Source of the DNA: Mytilus edulis
Taxonomy: Eukaryota
Assembly (NCBI RefSeq): GCF_963676685.1
Contig: NC_092352.1
Coordinates: 6,076,001 to 6,140,000, forward strand
DNA length: 64,000 nucleotides
Direction: 5' to 3'
Shown here: positions 1 through 11,474 of the stretch, in pieces
How positions within the stretch are numbered: the first letter of the stretch is position 1
Layout of the letters: the number at the start of each line of letters is the position of its first letter
Program-made: the position numbers and the translations under genes
Notes under the pieces: generated by a model
Seen by the model: the letters and a program-made list of their open reading frames with translations, nothing else
Databases searched by the model: none
What the model was told of the DNA's origin: nothing

Positions 1-180
1 CACAGTTGGATTTTTCTTGGCTTTTGGTTCTGTGTCATTTGATCTGTTGATTACAGATTGCCATAGAACCAGAGACATATTAGTTTTAGTCTGAACTTTT
101 CTGTCTCCTGTCCATATTTCACTCTTCCAATATTTTATTTTCTTCATTTTGACCTTTTATATTCCCTCCTCCTTCTATAC

Positions 181-680
181 AACAAATGTAGTTGACATTA
201 GTATTGCTAATAGTATAAGAAAAACAGTCAAAACACAAAAACTTAAAACTGAACAATGAACCGTGAAAATAAGGTCAAATAAAACCTATGAGACTCTGAC
301 TGACATGTACATCATAAAATATTTCAGTACACCAAATATAGTTGACCTATTGCATAAAATATTAGAAAAAAGACCAAAACTAAAAAACTTAACTTTGACC
401 ACTAAACCATGAAAATGAGGTCAAGGTCAGATGACAGCTGCCAGTTGGACATGTACACCTTACAATCCTTCCATACACCAAATATACTATGCCTATTGCT
501 TATAGTATCCAAGATATGGACTTGGACCACCAAAACTTAACCTTGTTCACTGATCCATGAAATGAGGTCGAGTGAACACTGTCTGGAGGGGATGAGGACC
601 TTTCAAGGTATGCACATACCAATTATAGTTAAACTTTTCACTCATAATAAGAAAGAAATTAACATTACAAAAAATCTTCA
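181..680. repeat. Degenerate ~150-bp tandem repeat (three units), probable HINE/satellite core remnant
   Basis: Motif ccgtgaaaataaggtcaa / ccatgaaaatgaggtcaa / ccatgaaatgaggtcg recurs at ~261, ~407 and ~555. Confidence 0.55.
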
Positions 681-689
681 GTGAAATCT

Positions 690-996
690 CAGAAAGACCA
701 TGACTTACTTCAAGAAGACCTTAAAAACCTGGTAGTATGGGCAGGTAACTAGGGAATGCGGTTCAATGCCAAAAAAATGCTACATCCTAAGCATCAGAAA
801 CAAGGGCCATAAATTCTACAGTTTAAATGGACACATACTACAGCAAGTCCAGCATAACCCGTACCTATGCCTACAAATTTCGTAGGACCTCAAATAGACC
901 ACCCACATATCAAACATGGCAAGAAAGCGAACTCAACACTTGGCTTTCGAAGAAGAAACTTGAAATACTGCTCACAAGATTGTCATCAAAAACCAG
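690..996 (+). mobile_element. CR1/L2-type LINE reverse transcriptase fragment, 5' part (decayed)
   Basis: Translates with stops and shifts to DLKNLVVWAGN*GMRFNAKK..CYILSI..YSLNGHILQQVQHNPYL..ARKANSTLGFRRRNLKYCSQDC, the region just after the RT thumb in CR1-like ORF2. Confidence 0.7.
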
Positions 997-1399
997 ATTG
1001 CTCTGAGGGATACGATTGCCATTGTTTTCATTGACACATGTATGGCTGGATAGTATTATTTTCAAAACTAATTCCACTGCACATGTAAAATTAATGTAAT
1101 TTACATAATCTGAATAGTTACTCAACTCTAAAAATAGCCAATCCTCGATACAAGTGTATGAACAATGTACTTATTGTGTTTTAGATTTGTACAATCAATT
1201 CTAAGTTTACTTTCCACAGCAGTCTCTGACAGTGAGAGAAGGTATTTCAGTTCGTATCTTGTCACCTATTTTCCTACGTTAATTCTAGGAGGAACCCCAT
1301 TCCTCCTTTCTGTACACATTCCTCTGTTTAAATTGCGATCGTTTTTAATATAAGACAAAGTCTAATGACAGAACGAGTTAACTTTTCTCGATGTGCTGT

Positions 1400-1635
1400 C
1401 AGGGATGGGGTTGATTACTTTAAAATGTAATCAATTAAATTACAATCACTTTTCTAATAAAATGTAATCGATTACATTACAATTACACCCTTTTTCATAT
1501 GAAATCGATTAAATTACAATTACTTTTCTAATAAAATGTAATCGATTACATTACAATTACACCCTTTTTCATATGTAATCGATTACATTTCTTTAATGTA
1601 ATCATGATTACTTTATATTACTTATGATTACATTG
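1400..1635 (+). mobile_element. One end of a non-autonomous (hAT-like) DNA element with gtaatcgattac subterminal repeats
   Basis: Starts CAGGGATGGG, followed by repeated tgtaatcgattac/aattacaatta motifs; no matching other end found. Confidence 0.4.
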
Positions 1636-2125
1636 TATATTGCAATATCAAAGTTTTTTTTATAATTTTGTATCCTCACAAAAAGCTAATTTTGGTGATT
1701 TTTTTAAAAGCCTTAAATTATTCATCTTAATTAAAAAAAAATATTGACAAGTACAGTGTAACATGTGTAATTTGATAAAATAGCTATTACAGACAAGTGC
1801 ATGTCCTTTCTCTACATGTATGTAAAAGATATAACTTTATTTTTTTCTACAAATTTTAACCAACTGCCTAAATAACAAAAAACCTGAACAAGTAAGGAAA
1901 ATTTAATTAAGTATAGTTTTATTGTCTGTTGGGACATAATTGACACATTCATTAATGTTTTTACAGGTGTTAATCACCACTTTCTCACAGTGCTGTGTCG
2001 TATTTTGATTCAGAATATTGACAAAGGTTACTTACGGAAGTGAGACAACTCGAAACAAGTTTCAAATTAATCAATGGAGTGGGGAGTCCAAAGCAACCAT
2101 TCAATCTGATACCCCTGGAAGTCAA

Positions 2126-4414
2126 AACCAGGTGCTCCGCAGGGCGCAGCTTTATACGACCGCAGAGGTCGAACCCTGAACAGTTGGGGCAAGTATGGAC
2201 AAAACATTCAAGCGTGATACAGCTCTGAATTTGGATTGTGATCAAATTTTTGACATTACATGGTTTTTTTTTACACAAAACAAATGTCAAGATTTTACAA
2301 ATCAATTAAGGATTTCTTCTTCAAACTTTTTAAATCTAAAATTAAATAGTTGACACAGCATAGGTTTCTGACACAGAATGAATGTGGTTTAATGAACTTA
2401 AAAGTTTTTTTTTGCCTTTGAGCAATTCACTATGCTGTTGAATATTAATCCTCTCAAAAAAATGTTTGAAGAAATTTTCTTTTTATTTATGAAATCTGAA
2501 ATGAGAAAAATTTAAACCCTCCCCCCTTTTTTTTCACATCCCTGTTTCCCTTTTTCCAAAACTGATATCAATTCAAATTTCTAATGGAGTTTGCAACAAT
2601 AACTACTCTTTTAAATACATCATAAAATATTAAAATGTAAAATAAAAAGCTTGTTATCACTGAATGGTAAAGATTGGTTGGTAGTAAAAGTGAATATACA
2701 TTGTTTATTGTATAAAACAATAAAAAAAACTTCATCAGCAACATTTTATATTGGCAAATTTCCAATGAAGTTATTTACATAAAGTTATTGGCAAATAAAA
2801 ATAGAAAATGACATCATAGTCATGTCTGGCAAATGTCCAACATACATTATCTAAAAACATTTTAGATAAGATAAGGAAAAAAAGCTTCATCAGCAACATT
2901 TTATATTGGCAAATTTCCAATGAAGTTATTCACATAAAGTTATTGGCAAATAAAAATAGAAAATGACATCATAGTCATGTCTGGCAAATTTCCAACATAT
3001 ATTATCAACTACTATTCTATACAAAGAAAGATAACTCCAATTGAAAATTAATTGCTATTGCACAATATTGTGCAATTAGATATTTCTTGCTATTGTGCAA
3101 TACTGTGCAATTGAAAATTTCTTGCTATTGCACAATACTTGATAAGGAATCCTGATTTGGACCATCTTGAAAACTGGGCCCATAATCAAAAATCAAAGTA
3201 CATATTTAGATAAAGCATATCAAATAAGCCCAAGAATTTAATTTTTGTTAAAATCAAACTTAGTTTAATTTTGGACCCTTTGGACCTTAATGTAGACCAA
3301 TTTGAAAACTGGACCAAAAATTAAGAATCTACATACACAGTTAGATTTGGCATATCAAAGAACCCATTTATTCAATTTTTGATGAAATCAAACAAAGTTT
3401 AATTTTGGACCCCCCATTTGTACCAACTTGAAAACTAGGCCAATAATTAAAAATCTAAGTACATTTTTAAATTCAGCATATCAAAGAACCCCAAGGATTC
3501 AATTTTTGTTAAAATCAAACTAAGATTAATTTTGGACCCTTTGGACCTTAATGTAGACCAATTTGAAAACGGGACCAAAAATTAAGAATCTACATACATA
3601 GTTAGATTCGGCATATCAAAGAACCCCAATTATTCAATTTTTGATGAAATCACATAAAGTTCAATTTTGGACCCTTTGGGCCCCTTATTCCTAAACTGTT
3701 AAGACCAAAACTCCAAAAATCAAACCCAACCTTCCTTTTATGGTCATAAACCTTGTGTTTAAATTTCATAGATTTCTATTTACTTATACTAAAGTTATGG
3801 TGCAAAAACCAAAAATAATGCTTATTTGGGCCCCTTTTTGGCCCCTAATTCATAAACTGTTGTGACCTCAACTCCAAAAATCAATCCCAACCTTCCTTTT
3901 GTGGTCATAAACCTTGTGTTAAAATTTCATTGATTTCTATTTACTTATACTAAAGTTATTGTGCGAAAACCAAGAATAATGCTTATTTGGGCCCTTTTTT
4001 GGCCCCTAATTCCTAAACTGTTGGAACCAAAACTCCCAAAATCAATCCCAACCTTCCTTTTGTGGTCATAAACCTTGTGTCAAAATTTCATAGATTTCGA
4101 TTCACTTAAACTAAAGTTATAGTGCGAAAACCAAGAAAATGCTTATTTGGGCCCTTTTTGGCCCCTAATTCCTAAAATGTTGGGACCAAAACTCCCAAAA
4201 TCAATACCAACCTTCCTTTTGTGGTCATAAACCTTGTGTTAAAATTTCATAGATTTCCATTCACTTTTACTAAAGTTAGAGTGCGAAAACTAAAAGTATT
4301 CGGACGCCGGACGACGACGACGACGACGACGCCGACGACGACGACGACGCCGCCGACGCCAACGTGATAGCAATATACGACGAAAATTTTTTCAAATTTT
4401 GCGGTCGTATAAAA
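2126..4414 (-). mobile_element. HINE-like (Helentron-associated) non-autonomous element, family A copy 1
   Basis: Subterminal IR TTTATACGACCGCA/TGCGGTCGTATAAA, (GAC)n microsatellite at 4310-4360, ~160-bp and ~125-135-bp internal tandem arrays, conserved terminus ...gcggagcacctggtt, T-rich flanks without TSD; five copies in the window. Confidence 0.8.
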
Positions 4415-4949
4415 ATTATATGCATGTGCATAATTATCTAAACAAACCCTAGACTTGTGATTTGGAGCAACAACGTATATTAAATGTTAATTAAACGACC
4501 TAGATGGTTCTCCATTTCTTTATGGAAGAACAATATCAAATATCAGTTTCATAACGGTGACATATAAGAAAAACTCCACTTCAGTTCTAAAATGACAGAA
4601 ATAGATTTATTGGAATTCAGAGAACTCTCACATTTGATCAAAACTGGGGAATTCCCTCTGACGTGTTTCTAAATTTAAGATAAAAACACTAAATATAAAT
4701 ACTGCTTAATTCTGATTTTCCGTGTTGTTAAAAACATGCATATAAGTCGAGGGAAATATCGAAATATGAAGATTACAAGAAGAACATTATAGGACAGTTG
4801 TTTAAATTCAATCCTTTTGTTTGTTTTTACCCTTTAAAGCAAGACAATCATAAGAATCTGAGATGTTCCTTAATGTTTAGAATAAAACAGTTGACGTGAG
4901 GGAATGGCTCTGAGTCAATGGTATAAGTCTACAGTCTAAAGCAATTGTA

Positions 4950-5547
4950 TCAAAAAAAAACCAGCTTAAATCTGGCTTGTCAGATCAACGTTGGTAAATG
5001 GAGCCATAGTATGGGACGCTACAAGGTCAAAAACATAAATAAGCTTGAAAGGATACAACTTCATGCTGCAATATTTATCATCAGACATAACAAGTCAAGA
5101 GTGGACGGATGTGTCTCCAAAATGCTTGCCCAATTGGAACTACAAGATCTCAAGACAAGACGAACAAGCCAGAAGTTAATATTTATGTACAAAGTGGTTG
5201 TGGGGCTGGTTCCCGCTATTGAACCAGACAAACTCCTCAAAAAAGCATGTTCGAATAGAACCATAACTGTCAAGAAATTCGAAGAATACCAAGCAACAAA
5301 TATATTTATTCAAGTAAAGAATAACACATAAGTGTTTTGACATTCCACCAAGCAAAACACCACAATATTCAAACTCTTTCTTCGTAAAGACTGTAATCTC
5401 ATGGAATCAGCTAGACGACACTGTGGTGCGCGCATCAAGCGTAGAGAGCTTTCACCGACTCATGCCCCGTCAATAATTGGGCAGCGCTCTCATACTGTTG
5501 TTTTAAAGCCAGTATTGGTGTAGACAACGTATTCATACAGATACAGA
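4950..5547 (+). mobile_element. CR1/L2-type LINE 3' end (decayed), continuation of 690-996
   Basis: KKPA*IWLVRSTLVNGAIVWD..YKVKNINKLERIQLHAAIFI..SFFVKTVISWNQL, then a short (CAGATA)n tail at ~5534-5547. Confidence 0.7.
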
Positions 5548-6132
5548 GAACTTTGACATGTTGTGTAAGATCTCCCCCTTTAAACTTGAAAATTTTCATT
5601 TTTCAACTAAACGTCTTGGACTCATGGAGAGGTCTAGATCTAGTCTAAGAAGGCATCCCAGAAAAAAATTAAAATAGCCTTGCCAGACGTTATATTTATT
5701 TGGACTATATGTAGTCCTATAATATATGCCTTCGCATTATATGGGGACAAAGTCCCCAATTCCGGTAGAAAAATCAATAAAAAAAATAAAAAAAATTTTC
5801 ATTCTACTAATGAACTCAAAATCGTTAACTTTTTTTTTCAGATCTACTTCCTGTTCCGGTCTTGTTGGCATGAGACTTTGAATAAAATGTATGTTTATCA
5901 ACATATCAACAAATATAGGAAGGAATTCCACATTCAATCATTTTTAATAATTGTTTGATATGAAAAAAACGTTACCTGATAACAGCGTTTCTTTGTTTAC
6001 ATTGAATATGACGTCATATCTTAAATAACGTCACAATTAAATCCCTAACAACAGAACCAATAATATCGGAAACGTTACGGTATTTCCGTTTATCAACATG
6101 TTTGAATAAAAACAAATAATACAGCTTTCGTC

Positions 6133-7191
6133 CAAGGATCCGGAAATTTTTTCACCTAATTTCGGTCATTTTCATACAACTTAAAAGTTGATGTCCCTTT
6201 TCAAAAAATGATTGTCAAAATCACATTACTGCATGAGACTCATTATGAGTATGCTCATACTCGATCGTCATGTTCGTAGCATCAACAAACTTGTTTCACT
6301 GTTGCATCGCATTTACTTTATGATTTGTCCTACCATTTTCCAAAAATCGTTTAAGAGCAATTAAGGGAAGGCAACAGTTTATAAATAAAATGATTTTAAT
6401 GACTCAAAACGATAATATTCTCAGTTATTGCTTACGTTTCCTTTGATTCTGAAGTCAAAATTCAAACCGGATGTACTGCGACAATACTAAAACGAACAAT
6501 TCCGGACTCATTTCCGGGATTAGTTTTGTTTATCCAAATCACAGGAAATCATCGGCTTTTTAATATTTTACCTTTAATAGTGTAAGAATATTAATTAAAA
6601 TAGTTGCACTAGCTTTATTTAGGATGAAATTATTTTATATTTACAATTAATTGTCTAAATCTGTGGAAGAGAATTTCAAACATGCGTATTACATAGTAAA
6701 CAAAGCACGTGTGTTAGAAGTAAAAAAATATTTTTTTCTTCGTAAATTAAACCAAGTTTTAATTTAATTTTAAATCATAATTGACAATTGTCTGACCTGT
6801 TGAGTAATTAAATAATGAAGCCAGTTGGTATGGAATTTTTATTTCTTTATAATAATAGTTTGGAGCTTGTGATTAATTGCCAGGTGTGAATTAAAAACAC
6901 AGGTAAAGAGATTAGCAATCATTAGCCAATAGCTCCCCGAGGCATTAATATAGTTATTAGGAGGGCCCTCAGGATTATAGCACTTTAATGAAGTGGCAGT
7001 TTAATTACAGGAAGTCGATAACAAAACAAAAATATGTTCAAAATGGCGATTTTGAAAGTCGATCTCAACGAAATGACCGAAATTATTACGGTTGAAAAAT
7101 AAAATTTGACCTAAATCCCAATTAAAAGTTTAGGACATAATAGTTTCAGTTTAGGACATGACTGGCAAATATGACCGTTTCCGGACCCTTG
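6133..7191. mobile_element. Non-autonomous TIR element, P-superfamily-like
   Basis: TIR CAAGGATCCGGAAA / TTTCCGGACCCTTG (1 mismatch), CANRG ends, 7-bp TSD TTTCGTC at 6126-6132 and 7192-7198. Confidence 0.75.
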
Positions 7192-7699
7192 TTTCGTCCC
7201 CATTCACAGGTAATGCCTGCCTCCTCATATTATATTCACAGTTAATTTCACTATTTAATGCTGATATTTTCATTTTTTATTATTTGTCTAATGGCACATT
7301 GGTGGTAAAAAAAATATAAGAACAGTAAATAGAAATAGTAAATAATGCCCCCGAGGTCATATGAAATAGGACTAGACTAAATGGACTAGGAGACTGGAGA
7401 GGTCGAGCTATTTTTCTCTGTTTTGGAGGCTGCTTCGAGCGCTAGTTCTCATGGTTTTTGCCTTTTGTTTCTAAAAAATCTATGATCTAACCTCAACTTA
7501 AGTTACCGATTACATTTAATATGTACCTATGAATATTTCTGGAAAGTTTTGAAGACAGAAAAATTAGCCTTCTAGATGCCATAATCTCAGTTGCAAACTG
7601 GTTTCAGTTTGTCAGTTCGCTTTGAAAATAGTTTAACTTAAACAGGGAACCAGTTAATTAAGTACGTTTTCTGTTTCTAAACAAAGAAGAGCATTGCAC

Positions 7700-7720
7700 A
7701 ACACGTGCTTGGAGGTTAGT
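7700..7720 (+). promoter_or_regulatory. E-box (AACACGTG) plus candidate splice donor of a non-coding first exon of TMA16
   Basis: CACGTG at 7702-7707, GAG|GTTAGT at 7712-7720; the TMA16 ATG is directly preceded by a splice acceptor, so an upstream exon is expected. Confidence 0.35.
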
Positions 7721-8216
7721 CGTTAATATAGTCCAGCATGATCGTACAACACCACGGTATTATTATTTTAATGTTCGTGTATTTGTCTTTCTTTAATCAA
7801 GCAATAAAATAAAAATATGTGAACACGTAGGATACATTCAATTAAATATCAGTACTGCCAGTTTGGTACGGGGTCCGCTCGCCCCAAAACACATTCGCCC
7901 CTCAAGACCGTTCGCACCCTATTTTTCTGCAAATGCCGGTAAGTCGTCGTCAGTAAATCTAATTTGGCTTGGTTTCATGGTGCTCTCACCAGACACTGAG
8001 GTTCTCGTCAGCCCCCATTACCGTGGTCGCAATGCGCATGGTAAACAAGACAATATATCATGACTATGTACTATGAAATTCTGTCCTCATCTATAAAATT
8101 ATGTCTTGAGATGGACAAATTTTCATAGTGGAATTTGGTCTGTTTGATTACAATAATTCACAGATGAATAGTATGAAATTTTGTCCTGCTAAAGGGAAGT
8201 AATCATTTGTTTATAT

Positions 8217-8246
8217 CAGAGACATATATACACATACATGTCTCTG
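8217..8246. mobile_element. 30-bp P-type excision footprint or minimal element
   Basis: CAGAGACATATATACACATACATGTCTCTG flanked by the 7-bp direct repeat TTTATAT (8210-8216, 8247-8253). Confidence 0.7.
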
Positions 8247-8883
8247 TTTATATTAAGACAATATTTCATAGACTGATTGTTATGAAATTTTGTCTTATGA
8301 AGGGGAGGTTATCATCATATATCATGATGGTTAAAAATATCATTAAAGTGTTTTCTTCAATTGACAATAACAAAAAAGAAAATAATAATAAATAGATACA
8401 GGTACATAAACATGATAAATAGAAAACTAGTTTTGTCATCATGGATGGCAAGGAGTATAAAATACTTTTTGAGTTTCTCAGTCTAAAAGTTTCACTGGAA
8501 GGAATTTCAGAAAATCAGAAGAGAGTAATTAGTAGAAAGTCTTATTACTTTTGTATACAGAACAATGAAATTTATTTCAAAAGTGTTAATAAGAAATCAA
8601 ATGAAGTTATGAAAAGACTTGTGATTCATAAAGACAAATTATAAAGAGTGATGTATAGATATAAATATATATATTAATAACCAAATTACAAAATACATTT
8701 GTACTTTTTTATTATTATTCAAAAATCTGCATGCTGCATGTTTGTGTAATATAACTTGTATTAATTTGAACAAGAATTTTTATTATGGACAGTATTCTAT
8801 AGGGAAAATTAATATTATGCTGTTGACAAAATTTAATATAAAATATTGTTAGCAGACACGTTTTCATAATGATATATTGTCAT

Positions 8884-9612
8884 CAGAGACATGTATGTGT
8901 ATGTTCCAGACCGTATGAGTATTTCGACCGTACACGTACGGTCTGGACCGTATGCGTACTTTTTCAAAATACTCATACGGTCAGACCGTACGCGTACGGT
9001 CTGACTATTATTAAAAAGTTGGTCAAGTTTATTAGATACAAATGCATATAGCAGATCAACATAACTTAACTATCAAATTAATATAAAAAAGTTCAATTGT
9101 AATTGAAACTAAAACTTTATATTTTAACTTGTTTTTAATTAACGCTAATTAAATATGCTAATCTCTTGTATTAAGCATGTCGATCAGTAGTACATTAATT
9201 GTATTATGAACGCTGAAATTGAACATATCGGAAGTAAACATAAAGTGGGAGTTCAATTGTTTTAAAATATTTAGCAACTTTACCAAAAAGAAAACAAATG
9301 CAAAAGAACATGCATGAACTGCATACATGAAATTGCTAAAAATATTACGTTACTTGAATTGTGTCACCTTGGGCGAGAGTACCAAAATAGGATTCATATA
9401 TACAATTAAACAAATACCTAATTTCAATTGTTCGTTTGTTCATTTTATCTATCTAATTGTAACAAATTATCAATAACAATTTGTAAAACTAAAAATAAAG
9501 ATTGTTTCAATTTAACCCATATGATCAAGTAACATGTATTGTCAGATCGTACTGGACCTTACGCGTACGGTCCAAATACTCCTATGGTCTGGAACATGTA
9601 TATATGTCTCTG
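8884..9612. mobile_element. Non-autonomous TIR element, P-superfamily-like, nested in the Ginger-like remnant
   Basis: TIRs CAGAGACATGTATGTGTATGTTCCAGACC.. / ..GGTCTGGAACATGTATATATGTCTCTG, 7-bp TSD TTGTCAT (8877-8883, 9613-9619), subterminal gaccgtacgcgtacggtc palindromes. Confidence 0.8.
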
Positions 9613-10404
9613 TTGTCATTGACAGAATTTCATAGTGAAATATTGTCATGGACAAAATTTCATAGTGAAAATTGTCATTGACAAAATTTCATAGTGAAAT
9701 ATTGTCTTTAAGGCGGTGACAAAATTTCATGGAAAAGCACAATATTTCATAATGAAATAGTGTCCTTGACAATATTTCATTATGAAATGGTGTCTTAAGA
9801 CAATATTTCATATGAAATTTTGTCCAACAGACAATATTTCATGGAGGACAATATTTTATGTTACAATTTTTTGACTATTTATGGTCCACAAATAGTCAAA
9901 AAATAACATAAGGACCTAAGAGCTAAGGTTCCGCAGCTACATGAAACTAAATTTAGATATTTGTATTTAAAAAAAAAGTAAATAAATAAATGGGGTTTGC
10001 CACATCTCTGGAGTAGCAACTCTCAAGACAAATACTTTTTTATTTAATAAATAGTACCTGTATGACTATTTCAATAGTTTATTTTACAATGTTACATGTA
10101 AAATACTGTATGTTGTATCAATTATATATGTTATGTGTATATTTTTGGACCAAATTTGGAAAATAAAATTTATCTTATCTTGTATATTCACAGTTGTATC
10201 ATATTCGAGTTCAGACTAGTATTATATTCAAATCATTATATTTTTCCTAAACATGCATAAAATATTTGCCACTGGACCTTAGCCTTAGGCAACAAAAATC
10301 AAACACAGATTTTAGTTGGTAATTTTGTGAGTTTCCAAGATTTAACCACATGCCACATGTGGAGCAGGATCTGCTTACCCTTCCAGAGCACATGAGATCA
10401 CCCC

Positions 10405-10540
10405 GGGGTTGGAACCCCCCCTTTTTTTTGGACGATCAATGTATTTGAATGGGAATATGTGATTGAAACCCCCCCCCCCCCCCCTTTGTCCTGGGTTAGG
10501 AACCCCCCCTTTTTAAAATGGCTGGATCAGCCCTTGGACC
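10405..10540. repeat. Short interspersed MITE-like repeat (related copy at 53958-54155)
   Basis: Shared ..acgatcaatg(c/t)atttgaatgg..ccccc..tcctgggtt..ggaaccccc..aaatg(g/a)ctgga in both copies. Confidence 0.5.
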
Positions 10541-10719
10541 TGCATTTTGGGGGTTGGGGGAACATGCCCTTTTCGGTGGTGAAATCTTTGTTTTCTATTG
10601 CTGATCACAATGAAGAAAAGCATAGCATATAGGAGTATTTCTCTGAGCCCTGTTTCTTCATCAAAAGTTTATTCATGATTTGTTACTGTATTCATAAAAA
10701 CGTATTAATCATATTTCAG

Positions 10720-11256
10720 ATGCCGAAGGCCGACAAAAATAAGATTAGTCTAAAGCAAAAGCCCGTCCATCCATTGAGTAGAAAAGCACAAGTGTTATCG
10801 AAGCAAGTTGCTCGTGAACAACGTGTAAATAACAGCCATGCCAAAACTACGATAAAGAACGATGTAATTGCGCAAAAGTTGATTTGGTTTCAACAAGAAG
10901 TTGACCAAGAGAGAAAAGATTTTACAAAGAGGGATTTAATCGAATATACTAAGAAATACTTGAGGCGATTTGACGATGAACTAGATCAGATTGCTATTAT
11001 TAAAGCTGTAGGAAATCGCCATGGACATCAACATACAGCTAGAAAATCAGCAATTCAGTTAAGTATCGAAAGGGACCAACAGATGTTAGAGACCAGTGGA
11101 TTAGAGGTCCCGGATATTATTAATAGGAACCATTTGGACATTTTTAGAAAATGGGACGGAGATTTATTTGCAGTTCAAAACATTAAAACCAGAAAACTAT
11201 TTAAGAAAGACTTTGAAGAAGTTCCTGTAGAAGTGACAGAGAAAACAACTGAATAA
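10720..11256 (+). CDS. TMA16: Translation machinery-associated protein 16 (178 aa, single coding exon)
   Basis: Motifs MPKA..HPLSRKA, KLIWFQ, YLRRFDDELDQI, GLEVPDI, WDG; acceptor atttcag immediately before ATG 10720; AATAAA at 11276-11281. Confidence 0.9.
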   Translation: MPKADKNKISLKQKPVHPLSRKAQVLSKQVAREQRVNNSHAKTTIKNDVIAQKLIWFQQEVDQERKDFTKRDLIEYTKKYLRRFDDELDQIAIIKAVGNRHGHQHTARKSAIQLSIERDQQMLETSGLEVPDIINRNHLDIFRKWDGDLFAVQNIKTRKLFKKDFEEVPVEVTEKTTE

Positions 11257-11474
11257 TTCAGAAAACTAATTTTGCAATAAATTTGAATTAAATATAACTC
11301 ATTTAAAAAAAAATGGAGGTGAAATTCAGATTGAATTAAGAACAGATTGTTTTGTTGAACAGTTGAATTTCTTTCTACTTATATTATATACTTTTTACCA
11401 GTATATCACATCCTAAACTATATTAATCCTTTATAAAGTGGAAGGTAGCATGTCATATTGATATTCATATAAAA

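Larger units (their letters stand above)
8067..9865 (+). mobile_element. Decayed Ginger-like DNA transposon derivative
   Basis: TGT...ACA ends with imperfect TIR (tgtactatgaaattctgtcctc / gaggacaatattttatgttaca), subterminal atgaaattttgtc repeats, and ORF 8441-8644 (EGISENQKRVISRKSYYFCIQNNEIYFK..RLVI) resembling the N-terminus of Gypsy-integrase-like transposases. TSD not found. Confidence 0.5.
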
